The notes under the pieces: model-generated | Database searches by the model: none | Told to the model about the DNA's origin: nothing | The model's input: only the letters and a program-made list of their open reading frames with translations | Translations under genes and position numbers: made by a program | In this document: one piece after another, positions 12,132-21,800 of the stretch | How positions within the stretch are numbered: position 1 is the first letter of the stretch | How the letters are laid out: each line of letters opens with the position of its first letter | DNA from: an uncultured delta proteobacterium | GTDB taxonomy: Bacteria; Myxococcota_A; Polyangia; Fen-1088 | Length of the DNA: 64,000 nt | Direction of reading: 5' to 3' | NCBI GenBank assembly: GCA_963755125.1 | Contig: CAVWIP010000017.1 | Location: 1-64,000, forward strand

Positions 12132-12582
12132 AATTGTTGCGCGAATCCATTGGTTCCTCCGCGTGGTTGTCGCGAAAAGATGGTCGCATATGGGAGAGCC
12201 TTCAAGCCGCAGTGTGATGTGCGCCGAGTAGACCAGAGCCAGGAAAGGAAGGTCGGCTGCGGAGACGAATGTGGCGTGGAATGGCCGTTCCACGCAGAAT
12301 CTGTCGTCGCAGTACGAGCACGAGGCCGCCTCGCTCGCCTCGGGCAAACGCCCCGATGAGATTCCCGAGAGCGAATGCCCAATTGTGCTCAGGCGGATCA
12401 TTCCCGTCATCGCATGAGCTCCTGATGCGGTTCCGCGCGCCCGACTGGGCCATCTCGGCCGCGCACTTCTTCGCCCCGCGGTTCGGCCGCCACGCGGTTC
12501 CCGATCGCGTCCACATCCTGAACCGGCTCGCGACCGCCAAAGAGTGTCCGTCCGCTCCCCGAGATGAGGCAGCGGTCGATTC

Positions 12583-13227
12583 TCACAACCGGATCGAGGT
12601 GAGTTTCTTCCTAATCCACCAGACCACTACGCCGAGGTATTCAGGGAGATCGCCATCTTTCGGCGTCTGAAGGTCCCGTATCTTCTTCTGAAGCATCCTC
12701 GTGGACCATCGGCCGGGGCTGCGATGAGTCATCGCCTCAATGACGCCATCGAGTTTGGCGCGACGGTTGTTGCAGAGAAACTTGCGGTTGAGCCCAAGCA
12801 CCTCGTCGAGTTCCCTGTCGAGGGTCCTATCGTCAGCGACTACTCGACCGTCGGCTGAGTATTCAACTTGGTCGTCGATGATGTGCTTAGTTGGATCTAG
12901 CACAATCGAGCGATCGCCCTTGCAGGTATCGCAATGCTGTTCTGTAGGCGGCTTGCCCTGTCCACCAAGGCAGGCCGCCAGCAGATTGTTCCAGTCGAGC
13001 TGTAGTGCTTGAAACTCCGATTGTGATCTCCGGTGCTCGATCTTCACTCCGGTTGGATTGTCAGAAATCCGCTGCATGCAGTAGCAACACAGGTTGCCTT
13101 GATCTCGAAGGAGTGCCATTCGGAGGTCGCTCTTGCAGGAGCCACTCAGGTTCCCGAATATGACTGCTCCATCCCGTTTTTCCTTCGTGAGAGACGACGG
13201 TTCCCGGCCTTTCTTGAAGTATCTCAT
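12583..13227 (-). CDS. ptuB: PtuB-like HNH endonuclease (TIGR02646-type)
   Basis: LLRDQGNLCCYCMQRI, IEH...LDWNNLLAAC.G...HCDTCKG. Overlaps the upstream ATPase stop by 4 nt. Confidence 0.85.
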   Translation of the reverse strand: MRYFKKGREPSSLTKEKRDGAVIFGNLSGSCKSDLRMALLRDQGNLCCYCMQRISDNPTGVKIEHRRSQSEFQALQLDWNNLLAACLGGQGKPPTEQHCDTCKGDRSIVLDPTKHIIDDQVEYSADGRVVADDRTLDRELDEVLGLNRKFLCNNRRAKLDGVIEAMTHRSPGRWSTRMLQKKIRDLQTPKDGDLPEYLGVVVWWIRKKLTSIRL

Positions 13228-14573
13228 TGGTGGCCGAGAAACTGCAATAATGAGCGTAGTCGCACGATTTCTGCATCGCGATCGGTGAGCGTTGTTGCCA
13301 AGCGGTCGACAGCCTTCTTGGCATCTATCAGCTTCTCAACGTCGATGAGACCTGCAATTCTTCGCAACTCGGTCGCTTGCTTGTCTGGGCGACTGTGGGT
13401 GCCCATGACTTCTTCCAGGATTGCATTCATATCTCGACCTAGTGTTGGGCTGTCGGGCACGGTCACAAGCAGTTCCTCGCCATCGCGGCTTAGGCTTCGA
13501 ACGGAGCACAAGGGGACATCGGCGAGTACGAGGGGTGAATGGGTCGTCACTATGAACTGGACGTTTGGAAAGGCTCGTCGAAGTCGAGTGAGGATGTCCC
13601 TCTGCCAGGCTGGATGAAGGTGTAACTCGATCTCGTCAATGAGCACCCAAGCCGGAATCCTGAGGGACGCCGCAGGCGTCTTGCCATTGCGTTCGCCGAT
13701 CATCGCAAGACGTCTTGCCAGATCGGCAACGAGGGCGATCAGGCTGCGTTCGCCGTGAGAAAGTTGGTCGAGTAACAGATCTATTCCGGCCTTGTGTATG
13801 GCTACCTTTGGAATGGGCTTGCGTCTGACGTGAAGATCCTTGAAGCTCGGGAGAAGCGTCTCGACTGCGAGGCGCACGGCGTCGAGTTGTCTGTCCGTGG
13901 GGCGACGCCGGTCCAGGCGACTGGGGCGCGCAATGGCCGCATTCTCCGCGTCCTCACGTTCGCGAAACCACTGGGCAAACCATCGAAAGGTGGCTCCACC
14001 GATTCCCAAGGAATCCTCGTAGGGATTATCAGCATGCGGCCGGTCGGCGTCCTTGATGGTCGCTGCTGAGGAATCGACGTTTGCTCGATCAACCGAATAG
14101 TGAATTGTCAGCGGGATGTCTGCCCATGGTTCTCCAGACGCATCGAAGAACTCGCGAACAAGTGCCTCATTTTTAGGTTGGATGACTTCCCGAGCGATGC
14201 CATCCCGCTTGCCAACGTATGCCTGAAGTGGCCAGCCGTATGTTCGTGCTCGCTTCTTGTTTCGCCATCGAACGGCGAAGGAGACCTCGCAGCTCATCCG
14301 ATCACGACCGACAGAAATGTCACTCGCAGACGTGTTGCGGCTAATGGCTACCTTCTCGGCATGAGGTCTGGTCATGAGTTCGGCCGGGCCGTTTAGCGAC
14401 ATGAATAGGGAATCGAACATGTGATGCAGGCAGTCGAGAATCGCGGTCTTGCCTGTACCGTTTTTTCCGAAAAGGACCGTGAGGGAGGGGTCGAAGGTCG
14501 CCGTGGTGTCGTGAATGCCACGGTAGTCGCGCATAGTCAGGGACCTGATTACCGGTAGTCCGGTCTCAACCAT
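13224..14573 (-). CDS. ptuA: PtuA-like ABC/AAA ATPase (Septu)
   Basis: Walker A GKNGTGKT, WFREREDAEN, signature LSHGE, Walker B LIDEIELHLHP and H-loop TTHSP. Confidence 0.85.
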   Translation of the reverse strand: MVETGLPVIRSLTMRDYRGIHDTTATFDPSLTVLFGKNGTGKTAILDCLHHMFDSLFMSLNGPAELMTRPHAEKVAISRNTSASDISVGRDRMSCEVSFAVRWRNKKRARTYGWPLQAYVGKRDGIAREVIQPKNEALVREFFDASGEPWADIPLTIHYSVDRANVDSSAATIKDADRPHADNPYEDSLGIGGATFRWFAQWFREREDAENAAIARPSRLDRRRPTDRQLDAVRLAVETLLPSFKDLHVRRKPIPKVAIHKAGIDLLLDQLSHGERSLIALVADLARRLAMIGERNGKTPAASLRIPAWVLIDEIELHLHPAWQRDILTRLRRAFPNVQFIVTTHSPLVLADVPLCSVRSLSRDGEELLVTVPDSPTLGRDMNAILEEVMGTHSRPDKQATELRRIAGLIDVEKLIDAKKAVDRLATTLTDRDAEIVRLRSLLQFLGHQ

Positions 14574-14716
14574 GGGCACCAGCTTCGCAGATGGACAGCA
14601 AAGCGACAACTTCTCATGTTCCCCAGCATGGTGCTATGCGACGACAGAGACGCCAGAGCTGTGCTTCATGGGCGGGGCCACACCGGCCCGACCGGAAATT
14701 CGGGGATCGTCTACAG

Positions 14717-16027
14717 CTAGCTGCGCAAGTGGGCAAGCTGCTCATCGAGCCGCTCGCGGAGCTCGGCAGACTTCCTCGCTGATACGACGTCGCCAGACTC
14801 CTTGAAGAGCTTCTCTGCGACGCTGAGATCGGCAATCTGCGCCTTGAGGTTGTCCTCGTTCCTCGGCTTCAGCGGGAACAAGGAGTGGGTCATCTTGTAT
14901 GCCGCTTGGTCGAAGGTGGCGTCAATGTGACGCAAGAGTTCCTCGGCTTGCTTGAGGTAGTCCTTGGCCCGCTCCGTCTGTCGGGCCTTGAGCGCCCAGC
15001 GTGCCGCCGTGGTTTCAGCTTGGGCGGAATCGCGGCCGACGCCGAACTCGTGGCAGACGAGCAGGCACAAGTCGACGAGGTCAAGGCAGACATCGTCCGG
15101 ATCCAGGTTCTGCCTCTTGCGTGCCGCCCGCCGGGCGAGAGCTGTATTGAAGAGCGCGCCCTGGAGCGACTGGTAGTCGCCCACGATGCCAGCGAGCACG
15201 GCGGCGCGCAGATGGAGGATGGCGCTCTCTTCGGGGTGATCGTGCCGCCTTTCCAGGATGCCGAGGATATTGAGCACGGAGATGAGTGACGAGATGTCGC
15301 CGCTACTCTCCAGCTGGGCTGCCATGCGACGAAGCATGTCGAGGCCGACCTCGACATCGCCGAACCGCTGGCCGAAAGCCCAGAGGGCCTTGAGTCGGGC
15401 GGCCACTGCCCGCCCGACGGGGTCTTTGCGTTTGCTCCATCTTGACTGGATGTCGCCGAGGAGATCGGCGTCGGCATTGAGAGCTGCCCGGCCCTTAAGG
15501 AGCGCGACCCAAGCCGCAACGGGGACGTCCGACTTGTCATCGCCTAAATCATCAAGGCCTTCCAGGCTGGCCAATGCTTGCTCGGCGGAGCCTCTCTGTA
15601 CCAATGTCGTCGCCTCGACGAGGGCCGCCAGTATCTTCGGCCAATCGTCGGATACCGTCGCCGGCACGCTACGCGATGCCAGCCATGCGCTCACTGCCTC
15701 GCGGTCGGGGAGGAAGGCGACCTCCTCGGGCGGCAGGCTGAGCTTCCAAGCACGGGTCTTCCCGTCGCAGCCCGTAAGCGATCGCGACTCCGCGTCCAGG
15801 CCGTCGAGATGACGGGCGACCTCTTTGCCGATGCTTGACGGCTTCTTGTGGCGCCAATCGCCGATCCTCCGCAGTTCATCCGGGTAGATGAAATCCTGCG
15901 CACGAACTGGGTTCGTCCGCATCAGCGCGAGGGCCGCATAAAACTCAAACCATTGGCCCTTCGGGAACGAGTTTTTCCCGATGGTCACTGTCCCGTGGTC
16001 GAGGTCGATTTGCGCGTGTGAATCCAT
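14717..16027 (-). CDS. Helical TPR-like protein with a possible N-terminal winged-helix domain; putative regulator
   Basis: TPR-like repeats (VLNILGILERR, GALFNTALA). Divergent from the transfer-like operon. Confidence 0.55.
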   Translation of the reverse strand: MDSHAQIDLDHGTVTIGKNSFPKGQWFEFYAALALMRTNPVRAQDFIYPDELRRIGDWRHKKPSSIGKEVARHLDGLDAESRSLTGCDGKTRAWKLSLPPEEVAFLPDREAVSAWLASRSVPATVSDDWPKILAALVEATTLVQRGSAEQALASLEGLDDLGDDKSDVPVAAWVALLKGRAALNADADLLGDIQSRWSKRKDPVGRAVAARLKALWAFGQRFGDVEVGLDMLRRMAAQLESSGDISSLISVLNILGILERRHDHPEESAILHLRAAVLAGIVGDYQSLQGALFNTALARRAARKRQNLDPDDVCLDLVDLCLLVCHEFGVGRDSAQAETTAARWALKARQTERAKDYLKQAEELLRHIDATFDQAAYKMTHSLFPLKPRNEDNLKAQIADLSVAEKLFKESGDVVSARKSAELRERLDEQLAHLRS

Positions 16028-16251
16028 GTGAATCGGTGCTCCCGTAGCCTGACCTTTGCCGCCTCGGTGGCGCCTTCAGGGCGCTCCGGGGCGGCGGAAA
16101 GGAGGCTCGAAGCGATGCATGGATGATAACGCGCCAAGGCGGAATTGAAAAGAGACAGACATGAACTGAAGCCCAAACCCCTCGCCCCCGGCAGTCGAAG
16201 CCGCCGGGGCACCCGCTCCGAAGAACAACAAAGAGCACCAAGGAGAATGAC

Positions 16252-16500
16252 ATGAACGCCAAGAAGAAAGAACCGAACGAGTGCCGGAACCTGGAAGAGC
16301 AGAGAAACCGCGAATCAATCCGCCCGCGCAGCGCCTGTGCTGGTGAGGTTCGCCACCACCGCGAGTGCGCCTGCGGCCGACCGCGTTCGCTCGTCCGCCA
16401 CGGGCGCCGCTGGTACCGCTTGGGCGGCTGCCGGCGCTGCTTGGCCGCCCCAGCGGCGCCAATCGCGGCGTCCTCACTGAAAGGAGGCGGCCATGCGTAG
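16252..16500 (+). CDS. Small basic Cys-rich hypothetical protein
   Basis: AAGGAGA RBS. It contains the RBS of the next gene (AAAGGAGG) and overlaps it. Confidence 0.45.
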   Translation: MNAKKKEPNECRNLEEQRNRESIRPRSACAGEVRHHRECACGRPRSLVRHGRRWYRLGGCRRCLAAPAAPIAASSLKGGGHA

Positions 16501-17497
16501 GCACGGGAATAAAGTCGATGTAGCCAGCGAATTGCGCATGCGCAAGATTGCGGCCTGCATTCATGCCGGTGCCACCAACATGCCGAGAAAGATCATTGAG
16601 GATCGGATCGTCAGCGAAATCATCGAGGGGCGCGATGGCGAACCATGCGGGCGGCTCCGTGCCGAGAAGGCGCGACTGAAGGCGATTCGTACCGAAGACG
16701 GTGAGATTGTCGCCCTCGTCGCCGAGCGGAAGAAGAAGATCGGGCCGGTCGAAAGATGCCTCGATGAGGCTGTCGCCGCCCGGCAGGCGGTCGAGAATGG
16801 GGAACTGCCGTCGTACAGCAACAAGGGGCAGACCATCGGCACGCTCGTCTTCGTGGCCGCCGACGGTTCGTTCATGTTCTGGGCCTTCTGTGACGTCGCC
16901 GGCATCGACCTCACTCAGGGGGTCGGCGATCTCGCGGTCACGACTGCCGTCATGATCACCTTGGTATCGCTCTTAGGCGTCCTGGTGAATTCCTTCTGCG
17001 GCTTCCTCGCGACGAGCCCCCGCCCGCGGCTGCGGCTCGTCGGCTGGGCGTCGCTGCTAACGATCGCCGTGACCTTGGGAGTCATGCGGGCCAAGTCGAC
17101 GGCCGAGACGAACTACGCCTTCACGGTCTTCGGCTGCATCGTGACCATGGTGGCCGGCTACGCGGCCGGCGCCATCCAGCGGCGGTTGCTCCCGATCATC
17201 GGCGCTCACCGCGCCCATCGCCGCCGCCTCGAAATCGCCCAGAAGGCTGAATCCGAAGCCCAAGCCAAGCTCGACGAAGTACACGCCGCCGTCGAGCAAT
17301 TAGAGGAGCGTCGCCGGTGCCTCAAGGCTGAAGCCGAGAGCCTGGCGAGCATGCCGGCCCGGCGGGCGGCGCGGAAATCCGAAATCGAGAAGATCCAGGA
17401 CGCCCGCCTCAAGTCCGTCCGTTACTACTACGCCTTGGGCCGGCGTCTCTTCGGGCGCAAGCCGGCCGACGAGGGGGAGGAGGCGTCCCGTGACTAG
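16493..17497 (+). CDS. Membrane protein with about 4 TM helices flanked by coiled coils
   Basis: Hydrophobic central segments with charged helical flanks; strong RBS. Confidence 0.75.
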   Translation: MRRHGNKVDVASELRMRKIAACIHAGATNMPRKIIEDRIVSEIIEGRDGEPCGRLRAEKARLKAIRTEDGEIVALVAERKKKIGPVERCLDEAVAARQAVENGELPSYSNKGQTIGTLVFVAADGSFMFWAFCDVAGIDLTQGVGDLAVTTAVMITLVSLLGVLVNSFCGFLATSPRPRLRLVGWASLLTIAVTLGVMRAKSTAETNYAFTVFGCIVTMVAGYAAGAIQRRLLPIIGAHRAHRRRLEIAQKAESEAQAKLDEVHAAVEQLEERRRCLKAEAESLASMPARRAARKSEIEKIQDARLKSVRYYYALGRRLFGRKPADEGEEASRD

Positions 17498-18230
17498 ACT
17501 GGGGCTTGCTTTGGCACTCTCCTCGCTCATCGCCTGTGGCGGACGGCCGCAGCCGGTCGAGCGGGTCAGCGTCCCCGACAATTCGACTTCGTCCCACGCC
17601 AGCGAGATGAGCGTGAAAAAAGAGGCGCAGGCATTCCTCGACGAGCTCGTGCCGGGGAGCCGCTTCACGGTCATGCCGGTGGCCTGCACCAGCGACTTGG
17701 TCGAGATCATCTACGATATTTGCGTGCCGCTCCGCTTCGGCTCGGGCGCGGCCCAGAAACGGAGAGCCTGGCTCGAGGCCGAGGAACGCCACCTCGAAAC
17801 GCTCCGTCTGCGTCGGCCCGAACGCTGCAGCGGCGTCGTCGGCGCCATCTGGCGCGCCAGCCGCTTCCTGCAGGAAAGCGGCCGGCCGGTGAAGGAACTC
17901 TACATCAACAGCGACTTGCGCGAGGTCTCGCCCGAGCTTGGGCCAGGGATCAATTTCGAGAAAGCCATTCCCGCGCCCGAAGACTTCCTCCTCAAGGTCA
18001 AGGAGAAGAACCTGCTGCCAGACCTCCACGGCGTCCGCGTGTATGTGTACGGCGTGCATGACGAGGCAAGCCCGGACTCCCGCCGGTGGACCTCCCAGCA
18101 GGCCGGCGCCTTGCGCGCGGCCTGGACGGCGTTCTTCAAAGCGGCCGGCGTCGATCACGTCGAATTCCGCGCCACCTCAACTTGGGAGAAGGCCGAGCCG
18201 GCCAACGTCGCCTGGGGCGGGCTGCGATGA
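17490..18230 (+). CDS. vWA-like lipoprotein
   Basis: Lipobox LIAC, MIDAS-like DNSTS and a later INSDLRE motif. Confidence 0.65.
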   Translation: MTRLGLALALSSLIACGGRPQPVERVSVPDNSTSSHASEMSVKKEAQAFLDELVPGSRFTVMPVACTSDLVEIIYDICVPLRFGSGAAQKRRAWLEAEERHLETLRLRRPERCSGVVGAIWRASRFLQESGRPVKELYINSDLREVSPELGPGINFEKAIPAPEDFLLKVKEKNLLPDLHGVRVYVYGVHDEASPDSRRWTSQQAGALRAAWTAFFKAAGVDHVEFRATSTWEKAEPANVAWGGLR

Positions 18231-18592
18231 CCGCGATCCTCGCGTTCGCATTGGTCGTGGCCGGGTTGGCGGTAGTCGTCGGGGCGCGAGAGACCGCCAA
18301 GAAGATCGGCTTGGCGGTCCTGGCGATCATCGTCTGTATGTCCGTCGGCCGCTGCATCCTTTGCTGGCTTTCCGCGGCCTCGGCGCCGTCGGTTGGCTCC
18401 GCGCCCGGCGTCGGTTGGTTCTGGCCGTCCATCGCCTTGGCGCTGATGGCGATCGGCGGGATTGCGTGGAAGTTGCGGGCAGCCCGGCAAAGTCGCCTGA
18501 ACGAGCATCGGCGTCGCCACATGCACCCGCGCCAACCGGCGCCGCTCCCGCCACCGAGCCACTCATCGGATCGCGGGGAGGAGCCGTTTTGA
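18227..18592 (+). CDS. Small 3-TM membrane protein
   Basis: ATGA overlap with the previous gene; three hydrophobic helices. Confidence 0.7.
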   Translation: MTAILAFALVVAGLAVVVGARETAKKIGLAVLAIIVCMSVGRCILCWLSAASAPSVGSAPGVGWFWPSIALALMAIGGIAWKLRAARQSRLNEHRRRHMHPRQPAPLPPPSHSSDRGEEPF

Positions 18593-20217
18593 ACCTGGCG
18601 CTCACGCTCGCCCGTCGGGCGCTCCATGGCTCGGACGTGCGCCGGGCCATCGTGCTCCAGCACGAAGCGCTGAAGCGGGAGCGGCAGCGGGCCGAGAGCG
18701 GGAATCTCCCGCCGTGGGACATCGTCGCCGGCACGCCCACCTTTCTCATCGGCCAGACCGCCGACGGCCGAGCCGTCAAGCTCGACATGTCGACGCTGCT
18801 TGCCCATCTGCTCCTTCTCGGCCCTACGCGCGTTGGGAAGACCGCGCTCATGGCCCTCCTCGTCAATGCCCTGCTTCATTTCGGGATCGTTTCCGTCATC
18901 GCCATCGGCGTTGGTAAGAATGACTCCATCGAGTACACGCGGGCGGTGCTTGCGAAGTGGCTCATGGGCCTGCCGCGGGAGCGGGCCGAGGATATCCTGG
19001 GCCGCGTGATCGTGGTGGCGCCGTCGTCGGGTTCGCACCTGGTGCCCTTCGACCTCACGGCGCCCGAGCCTGGCCGCTCGGCCGAGCTGCAGGCCGCCGA
19101 CCTCACGCGCAGCCAGTTCGTCACGCACGCCCATCCCATCGGCCCCAAGCAGGAGGACATCGCCTATCTCACGTTTAGGTTGCTCATCGACACCGGGCTG
19201 CCGGCCAACTTCTTCGACCGCCCTTTGCGGGATCCGGCGGTCGCTCAGCGTCTAGCCGACCGGACGTCCAACCCCGACCTGTACCGCGGCTACCTCGAAC
19301 GCCTGCGCCGCGAGTACCGCAGCGATGCCGTCCTCGGGCTCGTCGCCCGCGCCAACGCCCACTACCGCCATGAGCCCACCCGGCTCATGGTGGGCGGCGC
19401 CGAGGGCGTCACCATCCACGCGCCGAAACTCTTCGACGGCATGGTGGCACTGGTCGACTTGACGGCGGAGTACGGCGCCGAGGACGCCATTCGCTTCATC
19501 GGCTCGACCTTGTGGAGTCGCTTGGTGCGGGCGTCACTGGCCAGGCTGGTGGGTAGCCCGCCGTGCTTCGTGTTGGCCGACGAGTTCCAGCAGCTGCTCC
19601 AGTCGGAGCAGGATGCGGCACTGGCGCTCGAAAATGTCTTGCGCCTTTGTGCGGCGCGTAGTGTGTGGTGGTGGCTTGCGACGCAGACGCTCGCCGGTCT
19701 GGAACGGTACGGCTCGTCGCTATCCAAGGTCATCGCGGTCAACGCCACGTTCAAGGCGATCTTCCGCACCTCGGACGCCATCGACGGCCTGCTGCCGGTG
19801 ACCGGTCGTCGGCGGAGGCCGTGGGCTCCGGCTCCGTGGCAGAAACCGGCCGATTATTATCTCTCGCGGAGCGAGGAAAGGGCCTATCTGGCCGAGCAAC
19901 TCGCCTCTCTCGGCCCCCGGCTCTGCTACGTCCAGCACGCGAAGAGCGGCCGGGCCGGGACATTGATCCGCACGGCGGATGCGACCGTGTCCATGCCCGA
20001 GGACTGCCCGGACTTCATCCGCGTGGGGCTCGAGCGCGGCACGTTGGCCGTGCCAGTCGAGAAACTTCGCCGGGGGCTCGATGCTGCCGAGCGGCGGTTC
20101 GCGGCGCTCGTGGACGATCCGCGCGCGGCCGAGATAGCCAGAACCGAGTCCGCGGCCATCGAGGTTTCGTCGCCCAAGCGGAAGACGCCGCGGGCGCGGC
20201 CGTTGGAGATGGGGTGA
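18589..20217 (+). CDS. VirD4/TrwB-like (HerA/FtsK superfamily) ATPase; putative coupling protein
   Basis: HLLLLGPTRVGKT Walker A, VLADEFQ Walker B and WLATQ. TTG start with a GGAGGAG RBS and a TTGA overlap. Confidence 0.8.
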   Translation: MNLALTLARRALHGSDVRRAIVLQHEALKRERQRAESGNLPPWDIVAGTPTFLIGQTADGRAVKLDMSTLLAHLLLLGPTRVGKTALMALLVNALLHFGIVSVIAIGVGKNDSIEYTRAVLAKWLMGLPRERAEDILGRVIVVAPSSGSHLVPFDLTAPEPGRSAELQAADLTRSQFVTHAHPIGPKQEDIAYLTFRLLIDTGLPANFFDRPLRDPAVAQRLADRTSNPDLYRGYLERLRREYRSDAVLGLVARANAHYRHEPTRLMVGGAEGVTIHAPKLFDGMVALVDLTAEYGAEDAIRFIGSTLWSRLVRASLARLVGSPPCFVLADEFQQLLQSEQDAALALENVLRLCAARSVWWWLATQTLAGLERYGSSLSKVIAVNATFKAIFRTSDAIDGLLPVTGRRRRPWAPAPWQKPADYYLSRSEERAYLAEQLASLGPRLCYVQHAKSGRAGTLIRTADATVSMPEDCPDFIRVGLERGTLAVPVEKLRRGLDAAERRFAALVDDPRAAEIARTESAAIEVSSPKRKTPRARPLEMG

Positions 20218-20219
20218 CT

Positions 20220-20549
20220 ATGGCGGGCAAGAAGTCGGGCATCTGGTGGGCCATGAAGATGGTGTTGTTGTTGACGTTCTTCGCCGTGTACGGCGTCGTC
20301 TGCTTGGTCGGCTCGACAATCCGACTCGCCCGAAGGATCTGCTGGGGCATCAGGCTCCTCCGTCACACGATCCGTTGCCCATATTGCCATTTCGAGGTGC
20401 CTTTGGTCGGTCGCTATTTGTGCTCGACACCGGGTTGCGGCGCCGAATACCAGGGCTTCATCCAGAAGTGCAACATCTGCGGCAGCGGCTGCCTGTGGAC
20501 GCCGTGCCCGCGGTGTAGCGCCGCTGTGCAGGTGGGGATGAGGACATGA
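20220..20549 (+). CDS. Membrane-anchored multi-Zn-ribbon protein
   Basis: N-terminal TM helix, then CPYC, CSTPGC, CNIC and CPRC. Confidence 0.75.
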   Translation: MAGKKSGIWWAMKMVLLLTFFAVYGVVCLVGSTIRLARRICWGIRLLRHTIRCPYCHFEVPLVGRYLCSTPGCGAEYQGFIQKCNICGSGCLWTPCPRCSAAVQVGMRT

Positions 20550-21466
20550 CCGGCACCGTCAACGGCACGTGGCCCTTTCTCGATCCGCGCATGGACCGCG
20601 AGCGCGTCGTGCGCATCTGCTACGTGGTCGCACGGCTCGGCTACTTCTGGTGCGCCGACTGCGGCTTCATCTTCTTCAAGCGCAAGAACACGGCTCGGCA
20701 GTACCCGGCCCGGCTCGTGAAGCGCGGCCTGCTCGAAACCTTCCCGCGTCGGAGCCTGGCCGACTCGCACGTCTATCGCGTCTCGGAACGTGCGCTCGAA
20801 TGGCTGGTAGACGAGATTGGCTGCGACCCCAGCGACGTCTGGCGGCCCGCGAGTCTAAGGCGCTTGAACGTTCCCGCCGCGCGCGCCATGAACCGCTTCT
20901 GGTGCTCGCTCGTGGCCGCCTGTGAGGGCTCGCCGATACGCTTGCACCGTTTCGTGCCCGAGCGCCAGTTGCGCCGGTTCAAGGCGCCGGGTTGCCCTGT
21001 GGTGCCGGACGCGCTCTTTGTGCTGGAGGCGTCGGCCGAGGGCGGCGCCGAGGGCGCATCGCGGCTGCCCTGGTTCGTCGAGCAGGACAACAGCACCGAG
21101 CGCCTCAAGGTCTGGGCCGAGAAGATCCGCGGCTACCGGTCCAATCTGCCCTCGGGCCGCCTGTACGGGATGCGTGACTGGCTGCTGCTTGTGCTGGCGC
21201 CAACGCGCAAACGCGCGGCCAACATCAGCCGCACGGCCGTCGCCGCTGGCGGCGGCGACTTCACCTACGTCGCCATCGCCGCCGTGCTCGAAGGCGGGCA
21301 CGCCTTGGACGCCGTGCTCTGGCGGGCTTCGACCCTCGCCGCGGACGCCAATGCCGTGCCGACCGACACGCTGGTTTCCGCCGCTCGGAGCACGTCTCGA
21401 CCTACGTCAACAACCCCTGTCAGGCCTGACGGGCTTTCCCAGCACCTTTCCGGAGGAATTCCGTGA
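20546..21466 (+). CDS. Replication-relaxation (Replic_Relax, MOB_L-like) family protein
   Basis: wHTH-like RLVKRGLL..YRVS, then VVPDALFVL and FVEQDNSTE...KIRGY. Adjacent to the coupling ATPase. Confidence 0.75.
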   Translation: MTGTVNGTWPFLDPRMDRERVVRICYVVARLGYFWCADCGFIFFKRKNTARQYPARLVKRGLLETFPRRSLADSHVYRVSERALEWLVDEIGCDPSDVWRPASLRRLNVPAARAMNRFWCSLVAACEGSPIRLHRFVPERQLRRFKAPGCPVVPDALFVLEASAEGGAEGASRLPWFVEQDNSTERLKVWAEKIRGYRSNLPSGRLYGMRDWLLLVLAPTRKRAANISRTAVAAGGGDFTYVAIAAVLEGGHALDAVLWRASTLAADANAVPTDTLVSAARSTSRPTSTTPVRPDGLSQHLSGGIP

Positions 21467-21800
21467 AGTTCCCTTTTTCAAGGCTGCGGTCAATACGCCC
21501 TGCCTGCTCTGGCGGGCAGGGCGCCTCTGTTTGGGCGGCGGCGCCGCCGCCCTCGCGCGCGGCGCGGGCCATGCCCCCGCGCGCCTTCCCGAGATCCCTG
21601 TCACGCCGGCTCGGCCGGCGATTCGTACCGGTATTCATTTGCATTCGCACACAACAAGTTCAGGCGCGGGAGTGTCCGCGCCGAAAGGAGGTCGGTCACG
21701 GAACATCGGGCCACGCGGAAGTTGGTGGAGACTGGCCAGCCGAGTCGCGCTCGCGGCTTGCACACCGGGCTCTCTTTACTCAACTAAAGCAACACCCAAT

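Noticed and set aside
12400..12545. Coding-like + strand stretch HELLMRFRAPDWAISAAHFF
   Set aside because: Probably a gene remnant, but I cannot assign a start or a family.
12130..14700. Retron type I-A
   Set aside because: No reverse transcriptase motifs were seen nearby or elsewhere in the window.
17938..18588. Long N-terminal extensions in the ORF track (also the starts at 2231, 20922 and 25692)
   Set aside because: They overlap other genes or lack an RBS; in most cases downstream starts with an RBS or coupling fit better.
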